DNA of 64,000 nt from an uncultured virus (IMG/VR IMGVR_UViG_3300025270_001776) (IMGVR_UViG_3300025270_001776), one strand, 5' to 3'; shown: positions 28,647 to 38,761, numbered from the stretch's first letter. Notes: a model not told the origin generated them from the letters alone. Made by a program: numbers and translations.

Positions 28647-29745
28647 TGAGAATCCTTTTCATTATATTTCCTACCTTTTTATGGCTATACTTAGAGGCTG
28701 CCTTTCTAGCTTTAGATTTTTCTTTTTCAAATTCTAGAGGAGACTCTTTATATTTTGTATACATAGACCTCATAGCAAAGGCTAGTTGTTCTACATTAAT
28801 CTCGCGCCACTTTGAATTAGCTGTATATAAGTTGGGTAATGTGTCAATAGCCTTATAGCATGGCACTTCTATTGAGGAAACCGAGATTCCCGAACAAAAA
28901 TCATCCATCCCAGTTCCTTTAGTATATATTACAGGTATTCCCATAGCCATAGCTTCCATTGCTGGTATACACCAAGCTTCTCCATAGCTAGGCATTACGA
29001 AACAGTGACATTGATTCATTAGAGACAGCAAATCTACTCTATTGAATCTACCACTAATCACTACTTCCTCTTTATAATTTTGTCTAAGTTTAAGGCCGCT
29101 TTTTATGTGGGCAACATATTCTTGAAAAGTTTTCATGCATTCATTGGCGTCAGTATTTGGCCTATTTATTTTTAAAAATAAGTTCACGGGTTCTGCCGGG
29201 TGGAATTCCAAATGAAAAGCTTTAATCAAAGCCTCAATATTTTTTCTGGAAACAAATTCTCCTATAAAGCCAAAATTAAAAGTGCTTCGCAGTTCTTCCA
29301 CTTGTGCTCCGATAGGAACATTTTTATAAGACGCAATAGGCAAGGAGTGGGGAATAATTTTAATGGGAACATCTACACCACTTTGTTGTGAAGCTTTCAC
29401 TATTTGTTTATTTGGCACCCAAGCTTCATCCATTATATTAATATATTTATGCCACAATGAATCCCTAAAGTTGGATGTCTCTGTCACATAAAACCCTATA
29501 TTTTTATATTTTGAATTATAAGAATAGAGGTGTGGTAATGTATGTTGTATACAGATATCAGATCCTGTCGTGTCATTTTGTTCTAACTCTGTAATTCTTT
29601 GTGGAATATCATCAGACATTTCGTCAAAAGAAATAGCACGAGGAACAACATCAATACCAGCCGCATCAATAGCTAATATATTATTGATACAAGCGTTCGA
29701 CCATCCAGTTCCGTCTTTATAATTCCCGACGTACAATATTTTCAT
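28636..29745 (-). CDS. Glycosyltransferase family 4
   Basis: RKNIEALIKAF, FVMPSYGEAWCIPAMEAMAMG. Confidence 0.9.
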   Translation of the reverse strand: MKILYVGNYKDGTGWSNACINNILAIDAAGIDVVPRAISFDEMSDDIPQRITELEQNDTTGSDICIQHTLPHLYSYNSKYKNIGFYVTETSNFRDSLWHKYINIMDEAWVPNKQIVKASQQSGVDVPIKIIPHSLPIASYKNVPIGAQVEELRSTFNFGFIGEFVSRKNIEALIKAFHLEFHPAEPVNLFLKINRPNTDANECMKTFQEYVAHIKSGLKLRQNYKEEVVISGRFNRVDLLSLMNQCHCFVMPSYGEAWCIPAMEAMAMGIPVIYTKGTGMDDFCSGISVSSIEVPCYKAIDTLPNLYTANSKWREINVEQLAFAMRSMYTKYKESPLEFEKEKSKARKAASKYSHKKVGNIMKRILNDS

Positions 29746-31372
29746 GTCTAGTCTGTTCCCACATGTTAAATGATTCTCTTAAATCGCAAAAGCTTTTGTA
29801 GGCTTTTTCTATATTAAATGGTTGTGAAGCCGCCGTTCCTGAGGATGTTATATTGTGAGACTCATTAAAGTAAAAATCTCTATGTGTACTTTCTACCATA
29901 CGTTGATATGTTAAATCCCTCACCGTTCTTTTCCATAAGAAATTACCTATCCATTGTGGCTTCCCTAGAACCCTTTCAAACAGATAATTTGTTTGATCCG
30001 TAGCACTAATATCTTGAGGCGGTGGTGTAGTCGCAGGTGTAAAAATCTGAGGAGGCGATAACCAAGTTTGTGTATGGTCTAAAGTTTTTGTTTCGTGAAA
30101 ATGTTGTGCCCACACATGCGCTGTTTTATCCCAATTATAATGGGCTAATGTGTTTTCTCTTATTTTAGCTCCTATAGCAGGAAGCGCATCTAGGTTAGAA
30201 TATAGTTCTATTAATTTCTCAATCGTATCTGCGTTATTGGGTACAGCCCTATAGCATCCTGTTTCGCACTCCCTATTTAAAGCGAGCGGCTTGAGTGCTA
30301 TTCCCTTAATGTTATTTATTACAGATTCCATTGCGGAATATTCTACAGACATAACTGGAACTCCACATTGAGCCGCTTCCAGTTGCGGCATCCCAAATCC
30401 CTCACTATTAGCATATTGCATATAGATATCGAATAAGTTATATATTTTACAAAAATCATCCTCTTCTACTTTGTTATTTATGCCCGCCATGTGACTACTA
30501 AATTTTCCACACTTTTTACAAAATGTAAATGAGTCCTTAAAGAAGTTGGGTTGTATCTCATGGCACAAATTGCATTGGTAGGTAAATAGAACTCTGTGAG
30601 TCAAGTCAAATTCTTGAAGCAATCTTGGAATGTCCCATCCTACATCTGGATAACAAGTATGGCAATATAAATATGTGTCTATAGCCTTTGTTTCATCTAA
30701 AAATTTTCTAAAGACTCTAAATAAATCAGGGTAAAGTTTTCTTTTTTGGTTTCTCATTACAGTACCAATTAAGAATATATTTCCAGAGATACCCATAGAT
30801 TCCTTATGTTGGACCTTATTGGTAACGGGCTTAAAGTTTGCACTAGCACAAGGAGACGCAATGCCCTTATATTTTATGTCGTCACACTGCTCAAGAAGTG
30901 TATCTCTTCCAAACTCTGAATAAGTAAATACGGCATTTGCACTGGCATATGTAGATACCCACTGTGGATTTTGTGGAAATGCATCTACAGTGGGCATAAT
31001 GGACCAGTGAAACAAATCTCTGAATGGAGAACGCGCTTCAAATTCTATCATCCACCAGTCCCTAATGTCTACTACAAAATCAGGCATAAAGTCTAGTAGT
31101 ACAGAATTAAATTTGTATTCTCCAAACTGAAAAGAGGGGGACGATTGATATGTACCCCAGTCGGGACCGTTTTGGAGTGGTTGGTTGGGATATATTTTCC
31201 AAGGCACACTTGGAATGGATGGGTTGTTATCGTCTATATAACACGCTAATTCCGCTACCTCGAATTCAGGCATACAGTGCAATCTAGACATAACCTCCTT
31301 GCTATAAACAGAATATCCGGTGGGCAAGAAAGAAGCCTCTGTACAAAAAAGTATTTTTTTACGCTTCTTCAT
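29717..31372 (-). CDS. Glycosyltransferase family 4 with internal CxxC-CxxC insert
   Basis: TGYSVY, RNQKRK, CNLC...CKKC, EGFGMPQLEAAQCG. Confidence 0.88.
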   Translation of the reverse strand: MKKRKKILFCTEASFLPTGYSVYSKEVMSRLHCMPEFEVAELACYIDDNNPSIPSVPWKIYPNQPLQNGPDWGTYQSSPSFQFGEYKFNSVLLDFMPDFVVDIRDWWMIEFEARSPFRDLFHWSIMPTVDAFPQNPQWVSTYASANAVFTYSEFGRDTLLEQCDDIKYKGIASPCASANFKPVTNKVQHKESMGISGNIFLIGTVMRNQKRKLYPDLFRVFRKFLDETKAIDTYLYCHTCYPDVGWDIPRLLQEFDLTHRVLFTYQCNLCHEIQPNFFKDSFTFCKKCGKFSSHMAGINNKVEEDDFCKIYNLFDIYMQYANSEGFGMPQLEAAQCGVPVMSVEYSAMESVINNIKGIALKPLALNRECETGCYRAVPNNADTIEKLIELYSNLDALPAIGAKIRENTLAHYNWDKTAHVWAQHFHETKTLDHTQTWLSPPQIFTPATTPPPQDISATDQTNYLFERVLGKPQWIGNFLWKRTVRDLTYQRMVESTHRDFYFNESHNITSSGTAASQPFNIEKAYKSFCDLRESFNMWEQTRHENIVRREL

Positions 31373-31715
31373 TAAGATTTTCTTCTCTATTATTGTTGAA
31401 GATTTTGAAATTGGTTATTCTAAAGTTTACCTTTTGTCTTTTTTCTTCACCAACTGTCCATCTTTGTTGTCTGGCGATAGCTTCTACGGCAATAAAGTCC
31501 CCTTTTTTGCAGTATTTATGAATAGTGGTGGCGCCACTATCCCATGCCTCGAATTCTAGAAAATCCACCCTTTTCTTTTTCGTGCCGTCTTTATCTTTTC
31601 TATGTTCCTCAATAGCCAAAGTAAAGCTTACAAGGTGGGTATTATTTACTTCTTTTAGTCTGGGGTCGGCTACCAGCCTGCCGACAAAAGTGCATCTATT
31701 CATAGGGATCTCCAA
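31359..31715 (-). CDS. ssb: Single-stranded DNA-binding protein
   Basis: MNRCTFVGRLVADP..., FLEFEAW, CKKGDFIAVE OB-fold pattern. Confidence 0.9.
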   Translation of the reverse strand: MEIPMNRCTFVGRLVADPRLKEVNNTHLVSFTLAIEEHRKDKDGTKKKRVDFLEFEAWDSGATTIHKYCKKGDFIAVEAIARQQRWTVGEEKRQKVNFRITNFKIFNNNREENLNEEA

Positions 31716-31752
31716 ATTAAGTATGGGGGCTCCTATGTTATATAGACCCTTC

Positions 31753-33318
31753 TTAAATTTGGCACACTTTATTTACAATAATTCCACCATCTTCTTTCTT
31801 GGATGTCTGTCCCATTAGGATCACCATGTTACCTTCGACTAAAAATTCCTTGTTTTTTTGGTAGTCTTCTGGGAATATGATGACTGAATCTAGTACGCCA
31901 GAGCTATCTTCCACTGATAAAAATGCCATAAGTTGTCCCGGATTTTTACCCTTTTTAGTCTTATATTCTCTTAAGGAATTAATCTGCACAGCCACATTTA
32001 CTTTGCCTTTCATGTACCCAAGAGCTACATCTTTACATACAGTATTTACAAGGTTGCTTTGAACATAGTCTGTTTTACCGCAAGTTAAGGCGCATCCCAT
32101 GTATTTCTCTTCCGTATCGGCAATCCATATGGGGTCATCTTTGATATCATAAAATGGGTTTTCTAGGGAGTTTTTGATATCTACTACTGTAATCAGTCTT
32201 CTAGAATTAATCTTGAGATTATTGATCATATATCCTATACATTGAATAAGAGTCTCATGGTTGGAATAATTCTCTTTGATATATTTTTGTTCTCTTGCAG
32301 ATAGTTGTTTCCAGCTGTCAAACTCATATAGCATTTCATTTCTGTTCTTGTTATTATTTTTACCATTAAAAGCCCCTACAGAAATCAAAGCCACCACAGC
32401 CTGTTTATTCAAAATGGAACATAAGTTATTTAAAATATCAAGCCAATTCCAATCATCTATAGTCTTGTTCAAAATCTCTTCTGTTTCAGGAAGAAACTTG
32501 TTTATCTTATCACATTCTACTTCGCCCACATGTTTAACATTATTGATACCAAAGTAAATTGTTTTTGAGACAGACTGAAAGTTTTTATATAGATGCTTCA
32601 AACGGGGAGGATATACTTCAATATCATTCATTTTAGCATCAGTCACTAGCTCTTTAATTTCTTGTTTGGGGTCTGGTTTTCTTTTTGCATGATTAAGGTA
32701 AGTCTTAAAAAATCTCACGGGACGATAGCACTTACAGTATGCACTCCAATAGGCATTGATAGCATAGCTAACAGCGTGGGACTTGTTGAAAGCATAACGA
32801 TTGGATTTTTCAATCCATGAAAAAATCTCTTCAGCGACTGCCGTAGTAACAGTGCCTTTATTTTTTGAGCCTTCTAGAAAAGACTTCTTGACTTCTGTCA
32901 TCAAGCCAGCTTTCTTTTTTCCGATAGCCTTACGTAATGAGTCGGCATCCTTTAGACTAAAACCTGCCAGTTCTTGAGCTATCATCATGGACTGCTCTTG
33001 ATAAACAAGCACCCCATATGTTTCTTCTAGGATGCGTTCTAAAGATTCATGTGGATATGTTACAGGATCAGTTTTGGATTTTCTATCTACATAATGTTGC
33101 GTCATAGACTTATCATCCGTAAAAGCTTTAAGACAGCCGGGACGGATTAGTGAAATAAGAGCGGCTAGTTCTTGAATATTTCGGGGGGCTACCCTTCTAG
33201 CCCATGAACGTCCGAGTTGCGACTCTAGCTGAAATACTCCCTTTGTCCTACCATCACATATGAGATCCCACACCCTATCATCGTGAAAATCGTTCATGTT
33301 AAACGTAAAATTCGCCAT
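31753..33318 (-). CDS. dnaE: DNA polymerase III alpha, C-terminal half (fingers, HhH, OB); start at 33318 or 33297
   Basis: TKGVFQLES, SLIRPG, TYGVLVYQEQ, ADSLRKAIGKKK, YAFNKSHAVSY, C-terminal OB fold (MAFLSVED). Confidence 0.92.
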   Translation of the reverse strand: MANFTFNMNDFHDDRVWDLICDGRTKGVFQLESQLGRSWARRVAPRNIQELAALISLIRPGCLKAFTDDKSMTQHYVDRKSKTDPVTYPHESLERILEETYGVLVYQEQSMMIAQELAGFSLKDADSLRKAIGKKKAGLMTEVKKSFLEGSKNKGTVTTAVAEEIFSWIEKSNRYAFNKSHAVSYAINAYWSAYCKCYRPVRFFKTYLNHAKRKPDPKQEIKELVTDAKMNDIEVYPPRLKHLYKNFQSVSKTIYFGINNVKHVGEVECDKINKFLPETEEILNKTIDDWNWLDILNNLCSILNKQAVVALISVGAFNGKNNNKNRNEMLYEFDSWKQLSAREQKYIKENYSNHETLIQCIGYMINNLKINSRRLITVVDIKNSLENPFYDIKDDPIWIADTEEKYMGCALTCGKTDYVQSNLVNTVCKDVALGYMKGKVNVAVQINSLREYKTKKGKNPGQLMAFLSVEDSSGVLDSVIIFPEDYQKNKEFLVEGNMVILMGQTSKKEDGGIIVNKVCQI

Positions 33319-33988
33319 TTGCAAAAGCCTTTTCAAATTTGGTTTTTTCTGCAAGCTTTCTTTGGAACTTCAAAAATTTAATTAAAATGTTAGCTGTATC
33401 CTTAACATCCTGAAGAGCATCGTGAGCTTTCTCTTTTGATTCTTCTGGGAAGCCAAAATATTCACGGAGGTAATCCATGTTTAAGGATTTTACATCTTTA
33501 TTGTTTTCCGTCCATGAAAAAACCATGTCCATCAAATCAAGTTTAAAGATAGGATTAAAAAGTTTTTGTCTACCCTTAGTGTCGGTTGGCCCATGCTCTT
33601 CACACATTCGATGCACTATAGGCAAATCAAATCCAATAATATTATATCCGGCGGCTATTGGCGCAGTGTAACTAGATTTTCTGAAATTATATTTGTCACA
33701 GAACTGTCCAAATTTTTTCCAAACTGTCTTAGGGAGAGGTGCTTTCGCTAGTTTGTCCCTTGTCTTATGCGTAATTGTTAAAGCTTCATCTTCAAGCGGA
33801 TCAACACCTGCCGCCACAGCCTTTTCCTCATCTACTATTGGCCTCATCTCACTATTAAAAACACCTCCGGGTTGAAGGGTTAATTTTCTAGCATGGATGG
33901 CAATTGCTGCTATCTGAGTAGGTTGCGTCATCAGTGGATTACGACTACCAGTTTCAAAATCGAAGACAATAATATCTCTATAGTTCAT
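33299..33988 (-). CDS. DEDDh 3'-5' exonuclease (DnaQ/epsilon-like)
   Basis: FDFETG, GYNIIGFD, AHDALQD. Confidence 0.88.
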   Translation of the reverse strand: MNYRDIIVFDFETGSRNPLMTQPTQIAAIAIHARKLTLQPGGVFNSEMRPIVDEEKAVAAGVDPLEDEALTITHKTRDKLAKAPLPKTVWKKFGQFCDKYNFRKSSYTAPIAAGYNIIGFDLPIVHRMCEEHGPTDTKGRQKLFNPIFKLDLMDMVFSWTENNKDVKSLNMDYLREYFGFPEESKEKAHDALQDVKDTANILIKFLKFQRKLAEKTKFEKAFANGEFYV

Positions 33989-34227
33989 TAGGATGTCCCT
34001 TCTACAATTTCAAAGAATTTATCTAACGCATCATCAATATTTCTATATATTTTCGAGAACTTTACTTGTGAGCTACTTGCGTCTACTTGATACATACCGT
34101 CTTTTCTATCTCTATACTCTGGGAGCATCTTTCTTAGGTCACACACTGAGATCTTATTATACTCTAGAGCGCACCCATAATAAATAACTGATTTAAAGTC
34201 CTGCCTAAGGATGTTGTGGTCTCTCAT
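33988..34227 (-). CDS. Hypothetical protein
   Basis: Coupled ORF between dnaE-N and the exonuclease. Confidence 0.6.
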   Translation of the reverse strand: MRDHNILRQDFKSVIYYGCALEYNKISVCDLRKMLPEYRDRKDGMYQVDASSSQVKFSKIYRNIDDALDKFFEIVEGTS

Positions 34228-34229
34228 GT

Positions 34230-35777
34230 CTACTCCTTAATTTCCATAATTTTACTTAATAGATCAATACCTAATATATCAAACTTAACATGTCCCTGAC
34301 TTTCCAAGTCGCCCATTTCAAATGCAGCTATCATATTGCCGCTTTTATCCTGTGTCATAGGACAAATAGAATTCAGGCGATCCTTAGAAATAATGACACC
34401 AGCAGCGTGTTTACCCATAGATTTGTTTGTACCCTCTATTCGTATGGCTTGTTCAAAAAGTGGCGCTAAGGAGCCTTCTAGGGCTCCCTCGTTGATCTTA
34501 CACCACTTTCTAAGATTGTCTCCTTCGTTTAACAATGCCCATTTGATAATGGACCTTTCTTCCATACTTTCCAGCTGATCAGAAATATCTGCTTCGTTAG
34601 GAATACCCTTGGTGATCTCATTCATTTCAGCAAATGAAACGGCGTCATGCATTCTTAGTACTTCCTTAAGGGCTGCTCTTCCTTGTAGTCTACCAAATGT
34701 GATCATCTGAGACACTTTCTCTTCGCCATACTTTCTTTTAATATAATCTATTACTTCTTCTCGGTGTTCAGCTGGTACATCAATATCAATATCAGGTAGC
34801 GATATATATTCTTCGGTGTTTCTGCCTTCGTTATAGAATCTTTCAAAAATCAAATTATATTCAATAGGATCTACGTTAGTAATTCCTATAAGGTAGGATA
34901 TTAAACAGCCAGCTGCTGATCCTCGACCGGGACCAGCGAGCCAACCCTCTGATTCAATATGTCTAATGATATCTTGTACAATAAGAAAATATCCTGAAAG
35001 ATCTGCGCCAAATATGACATCTAGTTCCTTCTTTATTCTATCTACGTAGGCCTGTTTAGCCTGATCTGTTTTTACTTTACCTTGTGGAATTAATAAACGT
35101 TTCCACCCTTTTCTACATAACTCTGTTAAATAATCGTTTTCTTCCATACCATCTGGACATACAAATTTAGGAAGCATCGGCTTCCTTAAGATATCATATT
35201 CTTCACAGAGGTCAACTACTTGGTTCACTTTTTTGATTTCATTTGCATCAATACCCATACTTTCAAAGTCATCAGGAGAGGGGAGATAAAATTCATCTGA
35301 ATCAAAGAAGCGTCTGTCAGCCCCTTCTAGTTTCTTTTCTACTTTAGATAGAGTGGTTTTCATCCCAGAGCATAGTAATATTCTTTGTAGAATAGCATCT
35401 TCTTTCTGGGCATAATAGATTTCTCTTTCTCGTAGTGGTGAATCTAGTCGATACAGATTATCCTTTTTAGTCATCTTCTCTAATGTCGTATTAAAATTGT
35501 CTGTACCTATGGTTCCGGTTAGCTCTATCAGATCAAACCAGCCCGCTTTGTTTTTTGCTAAGAGACTAAAGTCGCCAAAATCACATCCTATAATTGGTTT
35601 AATATCCTCGGCTTGACACGCTTTATAAAAATTTACGGCGCCCGACAGTGATTTATAGTCAGTAATAGCGCACGCTTTATATCCATACTCCTTACATTTA
35701 GATACGATTTCATCAGGCTTACAAAAACCCCGAAGAAGACTGTAGTGCGTGTGTATACAGAGAGGAGCCCAGTTCAC
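34230..35777 (-). CDS. dnaE: DNA polymerase III alpha, N-terminal half (PHP, palm, thumb)
   Basis: HTHYSLL, AITD, GPGRGSAAG, FERF, PDIDID, KHAAGVII, ends at VKFDILG. Confidence 0.93.
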   Translation of the reverse strand: MNWAPLCIHTHYSLLRGFCKPDEIVSKCKEYGYKACAITDYKSLSGAVNFYKACQAEDIKPIIGCDFGDFSLLAKNKAGWFDLIELTGTIGTDNFNTTLEKMTKKDNLYRLDSPLREREIYYAQKEDAILQRILLCSGMKTTLSKVEKKLEGADRRFFDSDEFYLPSPDDFESMGIDANEIKKVNQVVDLCEEYDILRKPMLPKFVCPDGMEENDYLTELCRKGWKRLLIPQGKVKTDQAKQAYVDRIKKELDVIFGADLSGYFLIVQDIIRHIESEGWLAGPGRGSAAGCLISYLIGITNVDPIEYNLIFERFYNEGRNTEEYISLPDIDIDVPAEHREEVIDYIKRKYGEEKVSQMITFGRLQGRAALKEVLRMHDAVSFAEMNEITKGIPNEADISDQLESMEERSIIKWALLNEGDNLRKWCKINEGALEGSLAPLFEQAIRIEGTNKSMGKHAAGVIISKDRLNSICPMTQDKSGNMIAAFEMGDLESQGHVKFDILGIDLLSKIMEIKE

Positions 35778-35778
35778 T

Positions 35779-35955
35779 TCAACAATCCTCGTATAAATTC
35801 TTAAGCATTTTTAAACTAACTGCCAATGATTCATTTTCTGTATACTTTCCTACTTGTTCATAAAGACGTGTTGTTATTTTTTTTGCCGTCTCAACATCAA
35901 TAAACTCATTAATTATACCAAATATTTGGCGCGCTTCGTAGTTATTAGTTGGCAT
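35779..35955 (-). CDS. Small hypothetical protein (likely start MPTNN)
   Basis: Fills the gap upstream of dnaE-N; the longer annotated start lies deep inside the previous gene. Confidence 0.5.
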   Translation of the reverse strand: MPTNNYEARQIFGIINEFIDVETAKKITTRLYEQVGKYTENESLAVSLKMLKNLYEDC

Positions 35956-36493
35956 TAATTTTTCCTTTTTTCTTTCTAAACTTTTTAAGATCTGAAATAG
36001 CCACGTTATAACAATTTGCCTTGACCCTAAATCCATTTGATGGGTCAGTCTGTCCCTTACGCAACTTGTGCGCGCTCCTAAAATAATCCTCCTTTGCTAA
36101 CCAACCTAATAACCAAGCCCTCCCCCATTTTCCACTTTTATATTCCACCCTTACAAACGCATACCTATCACACTCTTGCTTAGTATTATAGGCAGCCACG
36201 CTGCATTCGTAAAATGGTTTAGGTTCACTCGTACATCTTTTGGTTTTGACATCGTATTTGATTTTACTCGATGCTGTTTCGTAGAGAATATCGTAGTCGT
36301 AAGTATTTGATACTATACCATTGATTATCTCATTGGCAACCTCTTCTCCTAAAAATCCAGCAATATTTCCGTCGCCAGCAGTTATGGAGTTCTTTAGTTT
36401 ACCCATACTACGTGCCTTACGCCAAGCCCGCTGTTTCATTTTTTCTGTAATTGCTATTTCAATCATATTTATCTCCAAACAAAAATATCCCAA
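35945..36493 (-). CDS. Hypothetical protein, PD-(D/E)xK-like
   Basis: GFLGE, YDYDI...YDVKTK. Confidence 0.55.
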   Translation of the reverse strand: MGYFCLEINMIEIAITEKMKQRAWRKARSMGKLKNSITAGDGNIAGFLGEEVANEIINGIVSNTYDYDILYETASSKIKYDVKTKRCTSEPKPFYECSVAAYNTKQECDRYAFVRVEYKSGKWGRAWLLGWLAKEDYFRSAHKLRKGQTDPSNGFRVKANCYNVAISDLKKFRKKKGKINAN

Positions 36494-37086
36494 CTTCTTA
36501 ATTCCGTAGTGTAGTTTTCATGTTTAAACATGTCTAGTATTAATTCTGTATCGGGACCATTTGCTTCTACAGTCCAGCATTTAATGTCATATTCTGTAAA
36601 ATTAAATGTTTCTAATATTTCTTTTTCAAACCCTTCTACATCTATACTAATATAATCTATGGTAGAAGGCGCTCCATGTTTTTGCAATAAATTATTTAAG
36701 CTAATTGTTGTGAGATGGTGCTGCGGGTAACGAAAACAATTATTATCGTAATCTTTTACATAGCCAAAAGGAGCTACCGCAGATAGCATCGGATCTTCCT
36801 CATGCGCATAAAATGGTACAGTTATACCGCTTGTATCCAACACAGGAGAATTTTCTAAGGAGCATGTTCTATTTTCTTTTAATTTTATAAATGACTCTGG
36901 GTTTGCTTCCACACATATTCCATACCAACCAAAATCTTTTTCCAAGGTATAGGTGTTAGATAGCTCAATACCATCATGAGCACCTATGTCAACAAAAAAT
37001 CCTCCAGTTTTGTTATCATGCCTATCTAGCACCCACTTGTCCTGTCCTATTTGAGAATAAAAAATATTCATTTGTTTACCATGCAA
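36469..37086 (-). CDS. FkbM family methyltransferase
   Basis: YSQIGQD, FVDIGAHDG..SNT, GICVEAN, IDYISIDVEG. Confidence 0.9.
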   Translation of the reverse strand: MHGKQMNIFYSQIGQDKWVLDRHDNKTGGFFVDIGAHDGIELSNTYTLEKDFGWYGICVEANPESFIKLKENRTCSLENSPVLDTSGITVPFYAHEEDPMLSAVAPFGYVKDYDNNCFRYPQHHLTTISLNNLLQKHGAPSTIDYISIDVEGFEKEILETFNFTEYDIKCWTVEANGPDTELILDMFKHENYTTELRSWDIFVWR

Positions 37087-37723
37087 GTAGTTTATTAGCC
37101 ACCTTGGTTGTTAGAATAAACACATCCATATAACCATCACTATTTTGGTCAAGAGATTTAATGGGACGCCCATGATGCCATAATTTTTTATCGTCCATTG
37201 TTACCATATATCCCGCCTCTAATGGCAAATAAATAAAGGGTTCCTCGTCTTTTTCCATATAAACTAAAAGATGGCCGCCTTCTATGTTATGTCTTGCTAT
37301 TCCTACCGTTGCTATGAAATCATTTCCATCTTGGTGTACGCCTTCTGGAGAAATTGGGGTTTCCTCATATAGTGTAACAATACGCATTTGATGTATCTCA
37401 ACAAGAGTAGTATAAGGAAGAGAATTCACCATTCTAAATTGATAAATTATCTCTTTCATGCCGTCGCTATAGAGCGCACTCTCATCAATATTTTCAAATT
37501 TTCTTTCAACATTACCTTGAAAGTTATTATATTTGTCTGTCTGCATAAATTGATTAATAGGAAGTGCTTTAATAGCTGTAGGTTCTACCATGAGTTCTAC
37601 CACAGAATATCGTCGCAATCTATATTTGCCATCCTTATGTTCTGTGGAAGGCAGATGATTAAATGAGGGAGACAAATCTTGTACCGTAGAATCCGTTAAT
37701 TTATCTAATCGTAAAAGACTCAT
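37076..37723 (-). CDS. 2OG-Fe(II) dioxygenase (2OG-Fe_Oxy_2-like)
   Basis: YRLRRYS, HQMRI, PEGVHQDG (HxD), WHH distal His, DVFILT. Confidence 0.8.
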   Translation of the reverse strand: MSLLRLDKLTDSTVQDLSPSFNHLPSTEHKDGKYRLRRYSVVELMVEPTAIKALPINQFMQTDKYNNFQGNVERKFENIDESALYSDGMKEIIYQFRMVNSLPYTTLVEIHQMRIVTLYEETPISPEGVHQDGNDFIATVGIARHNIEGGHLLVYMEKDEEPFIYLPLEAGYMVTMDDKKLWHHGRPIKSLDQNSDGYMDVFILTTKVANKLLAW

Positions 37724-37741
37724 ACTACATTCCTTTTTCTG

Positions 37742-38761
37742 TTAGCCCGGCGCTTCATAATGGCCAATACTAAAATCCTTTTTAGTGCAATTGCCAACTG
37801 TGTCTTTCATACTGCTTCCTTTCAGCTCTTCTTCAATATACTGACACATTGATTTGTTAGTTCCGGGCCATTTGTTTTTGTAAAAATGACATAATTTTGT
37901 ACACTTCCAGTGGTTGCGATTTTTTGAAATAGGAAGAGGCTTATCGTTCTTTTGTATTTGTTGAAATCTTTTCCCTAGCATGTATAAAAATTTATTTTGA
38001 TCGTTTCTATCAAAACACATACTAAACGGACCCCCATCCCTAATATAAAATATAGACATAATAGCTTGATCATATTGTGGAAACATCTTAGATATAGCGT
38101 AATTATACAATAGTAATTGAGGATCTTCAATCAATTTCTCATAAGTTTTTTCTTCTCCGGTAGCCCAGTTTAATCTACGTCCTGTTTTCCAATCAATAAC
38201 TTCTATAGTGTTATCATCTACTTGTGTAACCAAATCAATAGTTCCCTTGATGGCTAGTCTTCCGTTTATTTTTTTTCCGTCTGGCATTTTATAAGAATAC
38301 TCAGCCCAATCTTCTTCTATGGGAATGTCAAATTGAGGCTCACTAGCAATGACATTTCTATTGCGAGGATCAAATTGTCCATCATTATATTCTAAGGCAT
38401 CCCAAGTTGATTTCTTGCAAAAGTTAAAATCTGCATTTGTATAATTATGAATACACGTACTAGTGTAGTAGTCATAACTTAAATCCAACAAATTATTAAC
38501 AAATTTCTTAGTGCTAAGTTGTTTCTTAGAGAACTGGATTTTTCCAAGGGCATCATCAGTAATAGACATCTGTTTGTTTTCTTTACGCTGCATTCTTTTT
38601 TTACAGGAGGCTAGGCATTCCATGACCTTATGAACAATGGTGCCCAGTTGGGCCTTTTTTCCAGAAATAGATTGATGACCTAATACATATGTAATAAAAT
38701 ATTGCATTTGGCAATAATCATAATTGTTGTAGGACGAACTACGAATGTATGTTACTATCAT
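37742..38761 (-). CDS. PD-(D/E)xK exonuclease, Cas4/RecB-like
   Basis: GTIVHKVME, GTIDL, IDWKTG, QLLLY, N- and C-terminal Cys cluster. Confidence 0.85.
   Translation of the reverse strand: MIVTYIRSSSYNNYDYCQMQYFITYVLGHQSISGKKAQLGTIVHKVMECLASCKKRMQRKENKQMSITDDALGKIQFSKKQLSTKKFVNNLLDLSYDYYTSTCIHNYTNADFNFCKKSTWDALEYNDGQFDPRNRNVIASEPQFDIPIEEDWAEYSYKMPDGKKINGRLAIKGTIDLVTQVDDNTIEVIDWKTGRRLNWATGEEKTYEKLIEDPQLLLYNYAISKMFPQYDQAIMSIFYIRDGGPFSMCFDRNDQNKFLYMLGKRFQQIQKNDKPLPISKNRNHWKCTKLCHFYKNKWPGTNKSMCQYIEEELKGSSMKDTVGNCTKKDFSIGHYEAPG

Noticed and set aside
37742..38761. CRISPR-Cas system suggested by the Cas4-like nuclease
   Set aside because: No repeat-spacer array or other cas genes seen; solo Cas4-like exonucleases are common in phage replication modules
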